A stretch of 64,000 bases of DNA, taken from NCBI RefSeq assembly GCF_009914755.1, contig NC_060926.1; one strand, 5' to 3'. A program made the position numbers and the translations under genes. The stretch is from the human T2T-CHM13v2.0 reference genome, Homo sapiens. Shown in pieces: positions 39,270 through 52,964 of the stretch (positions are counted from its first letter, which is position 1; the number at the start of each line of letters is the position of its first letter). Below the pieces are notes generated by a model. It worked only from the letters and a program-made list of their open reading frames with translations. It had not been told where the DNA came from and did no database searches.

Positions 39270-42200
39270 TGATAACCTAAGTTTTTATTAACCACTGAGG
39301 GAGGGATCGAAAAGAAGGCCGGCAGCCCATTGTGGGATAACTGGCTGACCTTCAGGTGGCCACAGGTATGGGGGTTTGTTGCCTGCTTGCTTCAGGTAGC
39401 ACCAGCATGCAGCTGGGGCACTGTTGATGGCTGTTCCTGCACTGCTGGCTGTGACTGGTACGAATTCTAGCTCTGTTGTGTCCTACCTCTACCACACCTA
39501 ACGAGGGTGTTAGTGGACAAAATAAGGCATCTCTGACTGCTGCTAGAGCAGCAATTCCAGATTCTCAGAATGGATGGGAAGTTGCATTGGATGGAATTAT
39601 TTGGTGGTATTGGCCAGACTGTGGGTCCCCCATGCCTCCTGCCCCTCCTAATTACTGCTGGGTGGGGGAAGTCTCAGGAAATGAGTACGGAGATGCTGGG
39701 TCAAAAAGAAGTAACAAAATATTAGACTAGAGTCTGCTCCACTGCTGAGTTTTTCTTCTGGGGAGGACATGGGTGGCTCTTTCCTGTCTTATTTTTTATT
39801 GATTGATCTGCCGTTTAAGGTAAGCTCTGTGTGCCCCAGTTCCCTTAATGATGCTGGGAATGATCCTGAAGCCCTAGAAGAGAGAGGGACGGCAGACTCT
39901 TACTGTGAGGGCTGGGTCCTGCCTGTACTATGTTCATGCTGCAGGATGGGGTGAGGTGCAGTGAGGGGAGAGGGGGTTGTGAGGGCCAGTGGGAGAAGAG
40001 CTGGTGCCAGGAGGACAAGGAGAGAGAGACACCTTCCTGGTGTATCCTGGGTCCCAGGATCTACAAGGTCCCTTGTACTGGAGGCAGCCAGCCCCTCTCT
40101 CTGGTGCTGCTTCAGTTTCCCGAGGCAGGACATCATCTGCTTTGACCTATAGACAGGCAGGTGGCCCTCCTGGCCCCATTCAGCAAACCTCGCCTGGGAC
40201 TAGCTCTTTGCTGGGTGCCATACTGAGTCTGAGCGGTGGGTAAAGGTAGGCACATTAACTCTGTGTGTCCTTAATGATCTTGCTGTCTGGGGAGGGAGAC
40301 AAGCATGGAAACAAATAACTACAGTACATTCTGATAGGGCTAAAAGGGAGGGATGCCTTGAGGGCAGAGACTGGCCTTAGTCACCTTTGGGCCCATAGAG
40401 GCCAGCCAGGAAGGGAAGGAACATGTCTTGAGAGTGTAGTGACATGTGAAGGATGAGGAGGAGAAGGACTTCCAGGAGGGGGAAGCACCTCCCTGATCTT
40501 GCAGTGTGTAGAGATGCTACTTGATGCTGGCGGCAGGGGTGTGGAAGGATGAGGACAGATTGCTGGGTACCGCGTGAGAATCCTAGAGGTGGAAGGTCAG
40601 ACGCTTTGTGTTAATTCCTCTTGGAAGTCTTCTGCTGGGGCTGTCCCCGGGTTTCTAGCTCAGCATTCGTGCCCCACCTTCTCAACAGCATCATACAGTC
40701 CGTTGTTATTTGCTTAGGTCCTTGGAACATTTGATGGTTCAAGGCTGTTGAATTTGGGGCGAGGAGACCCTGACAAGGTTCACAGACTATAAGACCTTTT
40801 CACGAGCATCTCAAAGGGCATGTAGGGTATAGGCAGAGTGTCACCTATCAGCCTGGGAGGCCCTGGATGCATGCTGTTTGCTGGTAGGAAGCACGAAGAT
40901 GGAGTTGTTGGCTGGCTCCGACTTGTTTCCCTCCAGTGTTGCTGGGTGCCTTGGTTCAGTCTGGTTCTGCCGCATCTCCAAGGAGAGAAGCATCTTTTCT
41001 TCTTCTGTTGCTGCTGCTGCTGCTCCACCTCCTCAGCCTCCTCCTCCCTGTGATTGTCGTTGACACAGACTTCCGCTGCCAAAGCTAATTGTGAGGCCTG
41101 ATCAGTGAATGAAGGCAAAGGCAGTTCCCATGACAACCGTAAAGAGTTTCAAATATAGGGGATGATGTGTGTGTGATGGGCGGCAATTACTTGGGTGGAA
41201 ATTGATGCGTGGACACCGGGGACTTCAAACATAGGCTCTGAAGGTGGAGGGGGTGTTGGGTTTTTTTTTGGCAGGATCCTTTGTGTGATGAAGAGAAAAG
41301 GAGGTCACAGACTTCCCTCATAGTCAATTCCAAGTGCCTTCAGTGTGTGGAACGTAGGCATAGCCCTGCAGGGGCTTTGGAGAGGCACAACTCCAGTCAT
41401 TCTGGTTGGGAATGCAGGACACACAGAGAGACAGACAACAGTACCAGGGGTCAGATGAGAAATGTTAGAAGCGCCGTTGGTTGGCAGAAGACTGGTATAA
41501 TCAGAGAAGGCTTCCTGGAGGAAGCAGGGCTTAAACAGAGCTTTGAAGTAAAGCCCTGTGAAGAGTGACCTCATTCAGGACACAGCCATGGTGAGGGAGG
41601 ATGAGAAGCCTGTCTCCCTCTACCCTCTACCAGCTCTAGAAGAGGTAGGTGGATATGAAAATCGTAGAGCAACACAGAGCAGCCTTGGCTGTGCTGCTGC
41701 AAGTGAGGGGGTGGCAAGAACCCTGTGCATTCATTTTCTGGCTGTGTGACCTTGGGCAAGATACTTAGCCTGTCTGTATCCCAATTCTTCGTCTGTAAAA
41801 TGGGCACAAATATTTCCTGTCTCATTGGTTTGTTTAGAGAGTTAAAAAAGATACAGTATATCATGCTCTATGGGGCCTGACATGGGGTTGGTGCTTGCTT
41901 GATTTCTTGTAAATTCCCCCAAGAATGTGTCTGGTTGTGTCTGTGTTCCTTCGTCTTTGAATATCTGTGTGGAATCTGACCTGTGGGTATCCATGTTCCT
42001 GAGGTTCTCAGTGTTAGGGCATTTTGTGTGTCCTGAAAGCGAGTAAATCCATTCACCTCTCCAGTGGGGAGGGCTGTGGCTCCATTCCTCCTGCTGGGAG
42101 CACAGTAGGGTCTGGGGGTTGTGATAGAAGATGGGGAGGGGAGGGACCCTTGGCCCCTATGCAGAGGGGTTCCAAGTACCTGTGAGTGATCGCTGTGAAG

Positions 42201-44759
42201 TGCAAAATTTAGAAAAGGGGGCAGATAGAGATGGGAGGAGGATCAAGAGGGGAGCGGAGAGCATACCGGCTGGAGGCAGAGTGGCCCTGGCATGCACCTC
42301 TGTGACTCCCTTGAGCCCCGGCATTCCACGAGTCTCAGAAGAGGGAATGAGGCCAGGGTGAGATGGGGATGGGAGCAGATGGACTGCCTGGGGGACTATG
42401 GGCTCCTCCTCTGGGCTACTTCTCTGGTGTAGCCGAGGGCTGCTGGAAGGCAGGGTGGGGACCTGTGTTTGGGGTAGGGCTGAATTACCACCGGGAGATG
42501 AGTGGAGCCAGGAGTTGGGATGGGAACTTTGCTCTGTGGCTCCTTCAGGCTGCTGAGGAAGATAGGTGCTGGTTGAGCAAGTCTGGGAGTAGATCACAGT
42601 TCAGTTCTGGCAGGTCCTGCCCTCCCAGGACAGCGGGTGTCTCTCAGATCCTTGAGGACCTCAGGGAGAAGGCTGACCAGAAGAGGGGCCTCCACTTCTC
42701 AGTGCCCAGCCCCCTGCCTCTCCACCCTCCTTGTGTAGAAACTTGGCTCAGCACATTCCAGCTCTGTGCAGAGCCTAGGAAAGTAGGGAAGACAGGGCCC
42801 CCGCCCACGTGGGAGGACTGCCGTGTAAATAAATAACTGCACTTTATTGTGACTGGTGCTGTGGAAGAGGCAGTACACTGCTCTGTCAGGACCCGGGAGG
42901 AGCAGATGATGCTCATGGGAGCTTGGTGATCTGAGAAACTGGCAGGGGGAGGCAATGTTTAAACTAAGTCTTGTACCACATTAGCTTGCCAGGTCGGGGG
43001 AGGTGCGGAGGGATCCAGGCAGAAGGAGCAGCACCGGGAAGTCTCTGAGGCATGAAAACATTACTAGATCCATAGCTTAAAGGGAAGTGATTGGGTTCAA
43101 GTGACCTCGGTCTTCTTTGTATCTCCCTGGGGTTGGCAGAGACAGACAGAACTTAGAGAATTGGAAAGAGAAGGACCTAGATTTGAATTCTAGCCCACCA
43201 CTCACCAGCTGTGTTGACAGGCAAGTAAGTTAACATCGCGAAGTCCTTCCGTTGCCCTGTTAGAGATGAGCTTGTATGGGGAGTAAGTCAAATGAGATGA
43301 TCCTACAACATGGTTGGCACAGGGCCTGGCATGTAGCAGGGGTTTGATAAACTGTGGCAGCCGCTGCAGCAACCGTACTAGTTGTTCCTTTCCAAGCATT
43401 GTTTGTCTCTCCTATCCAGCAGCAGACTGTATGGGGGGTAGGTGTGAGGGCAGGGGTTTTGGGGACCAGGATAAAGGAGGGACTCCACTTGGCCTGGTCA
43501 TTGTCAAAGTTGAGGGGCACAGAAACCCATTGTTCCACCTGAGCTGTGCTTAGGACACTGTTCCTTGTCATGCTTTGCCACCTGCCTCCCTCCCTGCCCT
43601 GTGTTCCCAGGGGGAGGCAGGTATGGGCCCTGATGCCTCCTGGAGTCTCCTCACTGGAGGCCAGCTTTGCTGTCTTTCCAAAGGCCGCTCATCCTGTTCT
43701 GAGTACCCCCTTTGGGCCCCCGGGGAGGGGACAGCAATTAGGCATCTGTGGTGTAGTGGGTAGGAGAGCGAATCACTGGGTCAGGGGCTCTCAAACATCC
43801 TAATTAATCCTGTGAGTCACTTCTCCCTGGCCTCAGCTTATTCATCTGTGAGAATGAGAAGGAGCACCCAGTGAGCTCTTCCAGAAATTGATTCACCTGC
43901 AGTGAATCCTCACAACTGGATGAGGTAGCTGCTATTTGTAGTTCAGTTTTATAAGATGAGCAAAGAGAGGCTACGAGAGGTAAGTTACAACCAGCTAGGT
44001 AGTGATGGAGCCTGGAGTTTGTGGGTACCAAAGTGTGTGGAAGTCGCTTCCTGGGAGGTAGAAGCTCTGGGGTGCTCAGCTACAGGGAGGGATTGGGGTA
44101 GGGAACGATGTGCCCTGGGTGGCCCAGGAAGTAAATCTAGGAGTGGATTGCAGGGTCTGCCTCTCCCCTCTCTGTTCTTTCTCATCCTGCCCTCCTTTCA
44201 GTCTTCTGATGCAGCTTTCAAAGGCTGAGTCTGGAAACTGGAAGACCGGAGCTCTTGGGGTCTGGGCTACCTCCCCTCCTCTGCCTTTCCAGGAGATGGG
44301 AAGCCCTGAGGTCTGGGGACCCTTGGGGTCTTGGGGGTTACCTCCTGTAGCCTAAGAGTGGAGAACCCATTGTGGGGTGTTGGTGGGGAGGCTGTCTTGG
44401 ATGGGTATGTTCTGGCGGGGCTGGGGGGTGATCCTAGAGTGAGGTGTGGGTGTTTGTGTGTGTGGAGGAGGGCAGGGTTGACACAGGAGGTGTGGGCTCC
44501 GAGGAGCCTGTTTTCTGAGGTGGGCGCTGGAGCAGGGAGGAGCAGAGAGCTTGCATAGCTGTTAAGAGTATGGTCTTCAGAGCCGACAGACCTGGCTCAG
44601 AGTCCCGGCTCTGCTGTTTCCTAGCCGCATCACCTTGGGTAAGTTGTTTCACTTATTTTATCACCTCATTTGCAGAATGGAGTAAAGGTTCGTGCTGCCT
44701 GGGCTTTTTCTTCTTTTTTGAGGATGAAGGGGCTATTGCACCTCATGCCCTTGTGACAG

Positions 44760-45620
44760 GGCCCGGTGCCGTCCCAGCTGCTGCCAGGATGATGCTGGGG
44801 TTAGAGAGTGGCGAAGCGGGAATCCCCCCCCACCCCCCCGGCGTCTGCTCCGCTCCGCTCCACCCGGAGGCGCAGTCTGTCATCTTTGATCCTGGAGGCG
44901 CAGAGGACGCCTTCTGGGTATTACCTTCGGGGTCCCCGCGGGAGGAGGCCGGGGGTGCCCTGGGATGCCCCAGCCTGCCGGGGAGCGGCACGGCGGGCCT
45001 GGGAAGCAGCCAGCGCGGCTCAGCAGCACCCTCGGCTGCGCCCCCGCCTCCCGGCTGGGCAGGTCCACCAGGCGGGGGCAGGGCCGGCCGCGGGGATTGG
45101 CTGGCGAGCGCGCCGCCCCCTCGCACACCAGCCCCGCGGCGGGGAGGGGAGCGCAGCCGGCAGCTGGCCGCCGCCTCCTCTGCAGTGCCTCCCTCCGTGC
45201 GCTCCCTCCGGCGGGGATAATGGGAGGCCCGCCGGCCGATGCACCAGAGGAGGCCGGCCGAGGTAGAGCGCGCGGGGCCGGGGATGGCCGGGCGGACGCG
45301 GGCCGGGGGTCGCCGTCCTCTCGGATCTCGGGGGGATTCTCAGAGGAGAAATGAAAACAAAAACACACTGGAAGGCGGGGGAGCCTGTCTGCCGTGATCC
45401 AGGCGGCAGCTGGAGGCAGGAAGATGGTCCCAGATAGCCTTTCTTTCCCAGGCTGTATCCCCTCCCGTTCGCCTTCTTCCCCTCCGGCCGGGCTGGGGGC
45501 TGTAGCAGGAGGACTTTGCTGCCTTCCTGGTACCCGCCTGGCTCACACGTTCCTCTGGCTTCTTTTGCAGGTGGAAATAAAGGCTGGTGAAGGAGCCGGG
45601 CCGTGGGGACAAGGAGCGGC
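44760..45620. promoter_or_regulatory. TET3: Intragenic CpG island, internal TET3 promoter (CXXC-less isoform)
   Basis: CpG-dense island 16 kb into the gene; reverse CCAAT (ATTGG about 45096), GC boxes and kB-like GGGAATCCCC 44818-44827. Confidence 0.85.
45239..45262 (+). CDS. TET3: Coding part (MHQRRPAE) of alternative TET3 first exon, CXXC-less isoform
   Basis: ATG CAC CAG AGG AGG CCG GCC GAG|GTAGAG; phase-0 donor compatible with the exon at 45571. Confidence 0.65.
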
Positions 45621-45627
45621 TGTCAAG
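45571..45627 (+). CDS. TET3: TET3 57-nt coding exon [19 protein letters not shown]
   Basis: Acceptor ttcctctggcttcttttgcAG, donor AAG|GTACCT; phase 0-0; continues ...LLKE of the CXXC exon as in full-length TET3. Confidence 0.9.
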
Positions 45628-45633
45628 GTACCT

Positions 45634-45667
45634 TGTGTGTGTGCGTGCGTGTGTGTGCGTGTGTGTG
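45634..45667. repeat. (TG/CG)n alternating purine-pyrimidine tract
   Basis: TGTGTGTGTGCGTGCGTGTGTGTGCGTGTGTGTG. Confidence 0.9.
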
Positions 45668-48600
45668 GTGGCGGTGAAGTGTTTGACCGGATTGGATAAA
45701 AATAAAGGGTCTCCTCTGGTGATCCCTTAATCTCCCACTGTGTGTGTAGCAGCAGCTGAGGGGGAGGGGCGGCGGGGGTGTGGGCGGCCAATGAATTCTC
45801 AGGCCTGTGTGGGTTTTGTTTGGATTCTTTTTGCTTTCTCAGCTGGATGGTTTTGGGTGCAGTTGGGGCTTGGTTTGTTGAACTGTTTTTTTTTTTTTTT
45901 TCTTTTTAAGACATGCAACCCACTCCCCACCCCTGCCTCTGGAAATCTCTCGAGAATGTCCCTGGCACTGTTGGTTTGCATCCAATCTGCAGAAATCCCG
46001 GGGGGGACGGTGTGCGGGGAGGGGGGGTGGGGGGGCGTAAGAGGGAGGGAGAATTGCGCTCCTGAGTCTGAAGCTGATAGGATGTCATTAGTCATGCTGC
46101 TGTCACCATGGAGATGGCTGGAGAGGAGAGGAGGTGGTGGGGGTGAGGATATTTTGGGTAGGGTGGGGGCTGATGCAACATCATGACTGGGAATCCGGCG
46201 GGCGTCTGCTGTTACTCTGTGTGACTTGGTGTCTAGGGGACTGGGAAGAGAGTGTTCCCAGGTGCGTGGGAAGCAGAGAAGGGGGCACTGAGCTTCTCCT
46301 TGTGGTTGTCTGGGGGGCGGGGAGCTGGGGTGTTTGAGACAGGGGAGGGGAGAGTCCAGTAGAGTATCAGCCATTACTAGGAAACCACAGATATTCCTCC
46401 CACGTTGGCATGGACCCGATCAGTAGGTTTCCTTGAGCTTGTCCCCCTTTTCAGGGCTAAGGAGCCACTGTGAGTTTGGGATTACTCAGCAGTATCCTCT
46501 GCTGGCCCAGGGCGGAGAAAACAGATTGGGAGGTGGCTCTGTGTGGCTGCCTCTGAAGTCCAAGAGCAGAGAGGCTGGAAGGGAGCATGGGGCAGGTGGG
46601 CAGGGTCAGGGCTCATGGAACTCTTCCTAGCGGAGAGGAAGCGCGTTCCTGCCCCTGCCTCAGCCCACCTGCCCCCTCAGCCGCTGGAGTCTTCAGGGAG
46701 CTGGGGATCTTGGTTGCTTGGGTAGCAGGTGGGTGAGCTGCAAGTGTCCCCAGATACCCTTAGTTTCCTCCCTGGAAATTCTCTTCCCGCCCCCTGGGAA
46801 AGCTGTGGGAAGCTCCATGGAGGTGCTGGAAGTGGCATCCTGCCACCTTACTGACTGGATATGGATGCTGGTAGGGAGGGGCTCTGCTTCCCACGTGGGG
46901 GATAGGGACTTCTAGGTGAGGCTGCAGGGTGTATCAGGAGGCCTAGATAGTTCCCTGGCTTTGTCCCAAGGAACTTGAGGCAAGTAAGTGCTTGGGGAAG
47001 GGTGTGAATTTTGCTTCTGGAGCAGCTTCTGGGAAGGAGAAGAGCCAGGGGGCATCGGCTTCCCCGTCTAGCGGGTGTGCTTTAGTGAGACTGGGAGTAG
47101 TGGATGATCACCTGGGATGAGGCGGTGGGAGGCTGGGAGGTGACAGAGGGCAGTTGATACGGGCGATACTGTGGGTGGGGAGGAGAGAGCTGAGCTCACC
47201 TCAAGTTGGCTCTCACTACACACTCTTTTCTACAGCCTTCTCTGGAGCAGAACCCCCAGGTTCCACCTCTGCTTCCTCCCCTCGCCTCCCGCTGCTGGCT
47301 GGAGGAGTTGTAATCACCTCATGTGCTGTTGGAGGGGTGTGGGCACAGAGATCGTAGAGTAGATCTGCTCTGTCTCCCAGCCTGGGGAAAGCAGGCCAAC
47401 GGGATGAGGACAGATGGACTCAGGGAGGGGGCAGGCCCCTCTCTCCTCTGTATCTCCAGCCTTGTCAGCCTAGAGCTTCCCTCTCTGCTGGGAGAAAGGA
47501 CGGGCTGGCAGGTTTGTTTACTCCCGAAAGCACCCCCTTCCGCTGTAGTGATGGCTCTCCCTGGCAGACCCGCTTCTCTTCAGCTCTTTCCAAGTGTGTT
47601 CTCCGTGTCTCCCTGCCTGCTGGCCCCAGATAGAGGCTGGTTTTCCGCAGTCCTGCTGGAAGCTCCCAGCCTAATGCCCCAGCCTTAGTGTTGTGGACAT
47701 GTGGCAGGGGCTACTTGAAAATCCAGAGGAAGCCTTCCTAACAAGTCTTTCTCCTTCCGCCTTCTCAGAGTAGGGCCTGAGCTGGCTGAGTTTTTAAAAC
47801 TCTGAGGTTGTATCTATGCTTGTTTTTATTGTTCAGTTGTCTGAGAATCATATGCAGCTCAGGCACTGCCAGCAAACACTCAGGTCTGAGTCTTCTGTCC
47901 CTGGTGCCACCTTCACACATAGAGTTTCCTTGGGTGGCCAGTTGGCTGCAGTGTCCCACATACCCAGGGTGAGGCAGTTTTGCCAGAGGCCCTTCCATTT
48001 TCAGGTCGTGGTGTAAGAAGGATATGTCTGATGTGTGAGCTCATCTTGGTCTGGTGTGAGATCAGACCAAGACCCTGGGACACGGGACACGGGGGTGTCA
48101 CGAGATGGGTGCTGGCTGAGGAAGCCCCATGGGAGAATGGTATCTGGTAGCCAGTGGGAATAGACACATATACGATGTGCTAAGTCCTGCCAGGGTTTCA
48201 GGAATACCTATGATGTACGTATGAGTCCACATAGTGCCTAGCATAGGCACAGAGTTGAGCTTGATAAACGCAAGTTGACATTTTATTGTTTGGTGCATTA
48301 CATGTCTACCCGTGATATCTCAAGGAACATGCTATAGCAGACACTGTTGCTACCACCTCCTCGTTGGCAGCCTGGAGAGGAGTGAGTGCCCAGTGCCGAG
48401 AACACCGGGCCGCCCTGCTTTCAAGGCTCCCACACGGCTCCCACACTCTGCCCCATGGGAACCCTTGACTGGCTGAGGATGTCTGGAAACTATTTTGGGA
48501 TTGTGCCCAGGATCTCTGCCTTCTGTCTCTCCTTTTGACCACTGCAAAAAAAAAATGCCCTGTTCTCAAGGACCTGTGATCCTCGACTTTCTATACACTC

Positions 48601-51600
48601 TGGGTCCTTCCCACTACTTGTTTCTTGCCTGCTCTTCCTACTTCCAGCCACTTCTCTCTCGGGTATGTTTATAAGCAGCAGCCAGCTTGGGAAGATATGG
48701 AAGCAGGTGAGCATGTCAAACTAGAGAAGTGAAGGAACTAAGCAAGAGATTTTCAGAGTTGAGTTTGAGGATGGAGAGAAAGAGGGGGCTTTCCCCATCC
48801 ATGATAAGAACTGGAGTTAGAGTCCCAGAGCTCAGCTCCATCTCCTTGGTGACCCTCACCCTTTTTGAATGTCATGGGAGAGGGAGAGAGCCTTGCAAGA
48901 CATACACATGAGTGAGCTGAAGGGAGAGCCCTCCTGTCCACAGTGGTGCAGGGGCCCTGGACCTGCCCTCAGGGACCACCGTGGGGACGACTACAGCCCT
49001 TTTGCTGGGCCTGGTGAGGAGGGGCCTGGGCACTGGGCTCCCTCCAGCTGCAGATGGAGGTTTCTGCTAGAAATGGGCTTTGTGGTCTTGCCAAGTCCCC
49101 TCCCATACCCCGGAGGCTGCAGCAAATGGTTTGGCTGGATGGGGGTGGGGGCAGGGAGTATGGGAGGGGCTACGGTTTGGCTCAGCTTTTGGGTCTCACA
49201 ATCCTCTTAAGTCCTCTTTCCTACCCTTGACCTCTTGGGCTTTCGGCCTCATTTCCTCTCACACCCGGGCATCTGGCAGTTAGCTGAGGACTCCCCCTTG
49301 TTCTCAGCGTCTCTACAGCTTCAGAGAAGGAGATACATTAGGAAGCCTTTAGGCAAATAGAAGGCAGGGAAAACTTGGAGGATTAAAATCTGTAGATTAG
49401 TGTATTCTCTAGGACTATTACCCCCATCTCTATCTATTTTCTCCCCCTTTCTTCTTCCCTTTGTCTTTCAACATCCACCAAGTATTTATCATGTTCTAGG
49501 TACAGCATTAGGTCCTGAAAAATAAGAGAAATCATTATTATTTGATTCTCACAAAACCATTGGAAGTAAGAGACATTGACTAAACTATTACCTGAAATTA
49601 TAACTCTTGAGTGGGAAAGCCAGCACTGGAAGCTTTTGTGTTTTGTATATTGAATGCTTTTGACTTCAGCGTTGTGTTTGGGGCTGTGAACTTGCACATG
49701 GCAGACAGAATCCTCACCCCAGATGCACCCAGCACTTTACATTTGCTTTCTCTCTGGCTCAGAGAACCTCAAGGGACTTCGAAGGTTGACTCAACATGCC
49801 AAGTTTGTTTTCAATTAAGTCATTGTTTCCCGGATCTAGCAATGACAGAGGAGGGCAGTGGGGTCAGAAATGGGCTAGCTGGGAAGGGAGCTTAGTTTTG
49901 AAAGGCACATGTTGGCATTAGATGTTTCGGATTTGAGATTCTGAAAGCTGGATGGAAATACTGTGCCTGAGCAATCTACCATGAACCTGAAATTGCCTTA
50001 GACTCATTTAGAGTGTGGGCCCCGCAGCCCTTACTGCTTCAGGGGGCTTCAGTGAGACCCACTGACTGAGAGGAGGAGGGTGAGAAGTGCAGTTGTTAGT
50101 TTCCTTCCACTCTGTTTTCTACTCTACTCCTACTCCTGGGTTCTGTCATTAGCCATGGGGAGGTCACTTACTGTCTTTGGACTTCAGCTTTCTGGGTAAA
50201 GTGAGGGGATTGCCTTCCAAAGTTAAGTTTTTCTCAGACTAAATCTGGGGAAGGACCAGTTTTTTTGTTTGTTTGTTTTTTGTTTTTCAGTGTTCCCAAA
50301 AGATTGCAAAACTAAAACGTGGTCCCACTTACTTTGTACAGCGAGTTTGCAGCTGCTGCACGTGTGGCTCAGCACCATCCAAAGTGGTCTGTGAGCCATT
50401 CAGTGAGGCGAGCCAAGTGATCATGCCCTTGGATGTCATGGTAGCTTTAAATTGCTATAAAGGTTCCTAAAGGCTTCCTCTTGGTTCCTGTATTTATGTT
50501 GTGGTGGATTGGTGTTAAGCAGTTTACGGGCCATATCCTGAATAGCACTGCTTTTGAACTTTTATCTGGGACAGCATAGGGTCTCTGTTTTGATGCCTCC
50601 CCACCCCTTCTGGACATGACTTTTCCACTCTTCTATACCCTCCATCTTGGGGACAAAGCCTCCGCTTGAAAGAGTAGAGATCTTTTTGTCCCATAAGTTC
50701 TCTGAGTGCCCCAAAAGATTTACTTGCATCTCAGCTTCTGTAGATAAGGATGCCTCCTGCCTTCTCTTTCACTTCTGCAAGTCTGGGAGTCTGATGGAGG
50801 CCCGTCAGAGCCCTTGGAGCCCCTGTACTGTGTGTGTGTGAATTGCATGCCTTGGAGGAAGAGAACAGTTGGGGAGGAAGCCAAGTCTCCTGTAGATGCT
50901 GGTGTGGACTTGGACCCTGCAAGAGACTAAAGCTCCATTGCCACAGGCAGGGCACCTTGAATTTTGAGCTTATTCCATGCAGTGTTTGTTAATAACCTAG
51001 AGGTATACCCTTTTTCCCCTGGGGGTTGATTGCAGATTCTACCCTGATTTCTATAAACAAAGACATCTTAATATTTCTGACAGTATGAGCTTGACCATCT
51101 TCCCCCTACTTTCTGTTGCTGAGGATCTACGGCCTTTTTTGAGATGCTAAAGATTAGACAAAAAGTAAAAATGACTAACTTTCTTCTATTCTGGCTGCCT
51201 TAGCTAGAGGAGAGTAGGAAGGGAGGGGTGGGGGGAGGTAACAGTATCTTGCCACAGAAATATTCCTTAAGAGGCAAACATTCCAAGGATAGGAAGATTA
51301 GGGTCTAAAGAAATCCTGGTTACCTCCGAGGCCTGGAACTTTTACGCCCTTGGTGCTTAAGTAATTGGATTTCTCAACCCCGCCTCCAGGCATTTTTCCC
51401 CCGTGTAATCCTAACCTCATGGGCTTTGCAAAGGAAACAAAGGCATTGAAAGGGTTTGCAACTTGTCCCTGACACTGAGCTCCTGAGCTGTGAGCCCTGC
51501 CGACTGAGTGTTCCTCCTTTGCCTCCTCTGCAGCATCCACCGTCTCTCTCAAAATCCTTGTCCCCAGGAGTCTGTTTTTCTAGCCTGCAGGCCTTGGTTC

Positions 51601-52964
51601 CTAGCCCTGCTAAGCAGATGGAATTTACAGAAGGAGCCGTTTCCTGCCAGTCCACCTTCCTGTACCTCGGGGAGGTGCCATCTCTGACCCTGCTGGCCAC
51701 TCTGCAGATGGGGAAGAGCCAAGGGAGGCTGGTAACTCCTGTAGGAGGCAGAGAGAGGCCCTGGAAAGGGATTCTGAGCTGAGAACCCTGCCTGGATCCA
51801 TAGACCAACTTTCTCTACTTCATGTTCTCCCTTGAGTGTGACCCTTTGGCCAAGTCATTCCTCTGATGGCTTGAATAGGCTCAGGCTGGGGTACAGAGGG
51901 CTGTCCCTACTGCATCAGGCCCTGCTGGACCCAGAGAGAGGAAACTGTGCCTTCACCACATGGATCATTATTGCCTTACACCCTAGTTCTAGGGGAGGAA
52001 TACAGAAATGGGTTTTCAGGGGAGCCCTGGAGGTGGTGTCCAAGAGATGTCCACCATATTTTTCCTAGCACTGTGGATCTCTCTGCTCTGTCCTCTCCAT
52101 CCTAGGACACTCTTCATGGCTTCAGTCCATCCCTAGTCCTGCCCCTTGTGCTTTGATCTCAGCTTTAAGACCTAGACTGAGCAGAGAGGGCCTCTAAGGA
52201 CATGCTTTGTGAAGCATGGGCCCAGGGCTCTATGTCAATCATCCAGGGAATGTGTAAGATGCCAGGGGGCTGCCCAGCCAGGACAGCTGTCTACTAGAAT
52301 CAAACCCATGGGCTCCTGCTGCACAGTTAGGTAGAATGGGCTCAAGACAAGGGTGGCATAGGGGCCTCAGGTATGAGGGCTGGAAGCTCTGGGCAGGTGG
52401 GCTGTGTGGCATCTCCCTCTTCACTAGCCCTGCCACTTGTCCCTGAGCCAGGTGCTACCTGATGGTTGAGCTGTATGGGGACCTCTGCCCTGTGGCCTTT
52501 CCTCCCACTGTTATTTCTCCTTGGTTTCCTGTTTTCCAGCTGTGGGTTCCCAGAGGCGTCATTTGGACCCTGGGTAGTAGTTAGGGCTGAGCTCTGGGGT
52601 TGTGTGGTTGGAGCGGCGTGTGTCTTAGGGCTGTACTGGCAAGTGGGCCAAAGCAGTCTAAACACCCTGGCTAGGAGCCAGAAACCGGGGCTCCGTGTCC
52701 AACCCGGGAAGCCTGGGAAGCTCCTCCCCGTCACCTTCCAGATGCTGCCGCCTCCATGTGGGGGGTGTTGCTCCCCGCTGGGTCTTTGCCCGAGGTCTGG
52801 GGGAAGCCGGATGTGGAGGAGGACCTGGGTGGGTGCCAGAGCACTTCATCCCTAAGCTCACCTCACCTAAATGCTCCCACCCCCACAGCCACCACCGGCA
52901 CAGGCAGGACCATGCTTCAACTTGCCAAGAGTGTTTCCAGGGACTGGTCCCTCTGGTTCAACGA

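Noticed and set aside
44570-45368. Overlapping 127-216 aa ORFs at the second CpG island
   Set aside because: Same GC artefact; only the spliced MHQRRPAE segment fits TET3
50367-50387. TCAGCACCAT as a possible REST/RE1 site
   Set aside because: Right half-site (GGACAG) is absent
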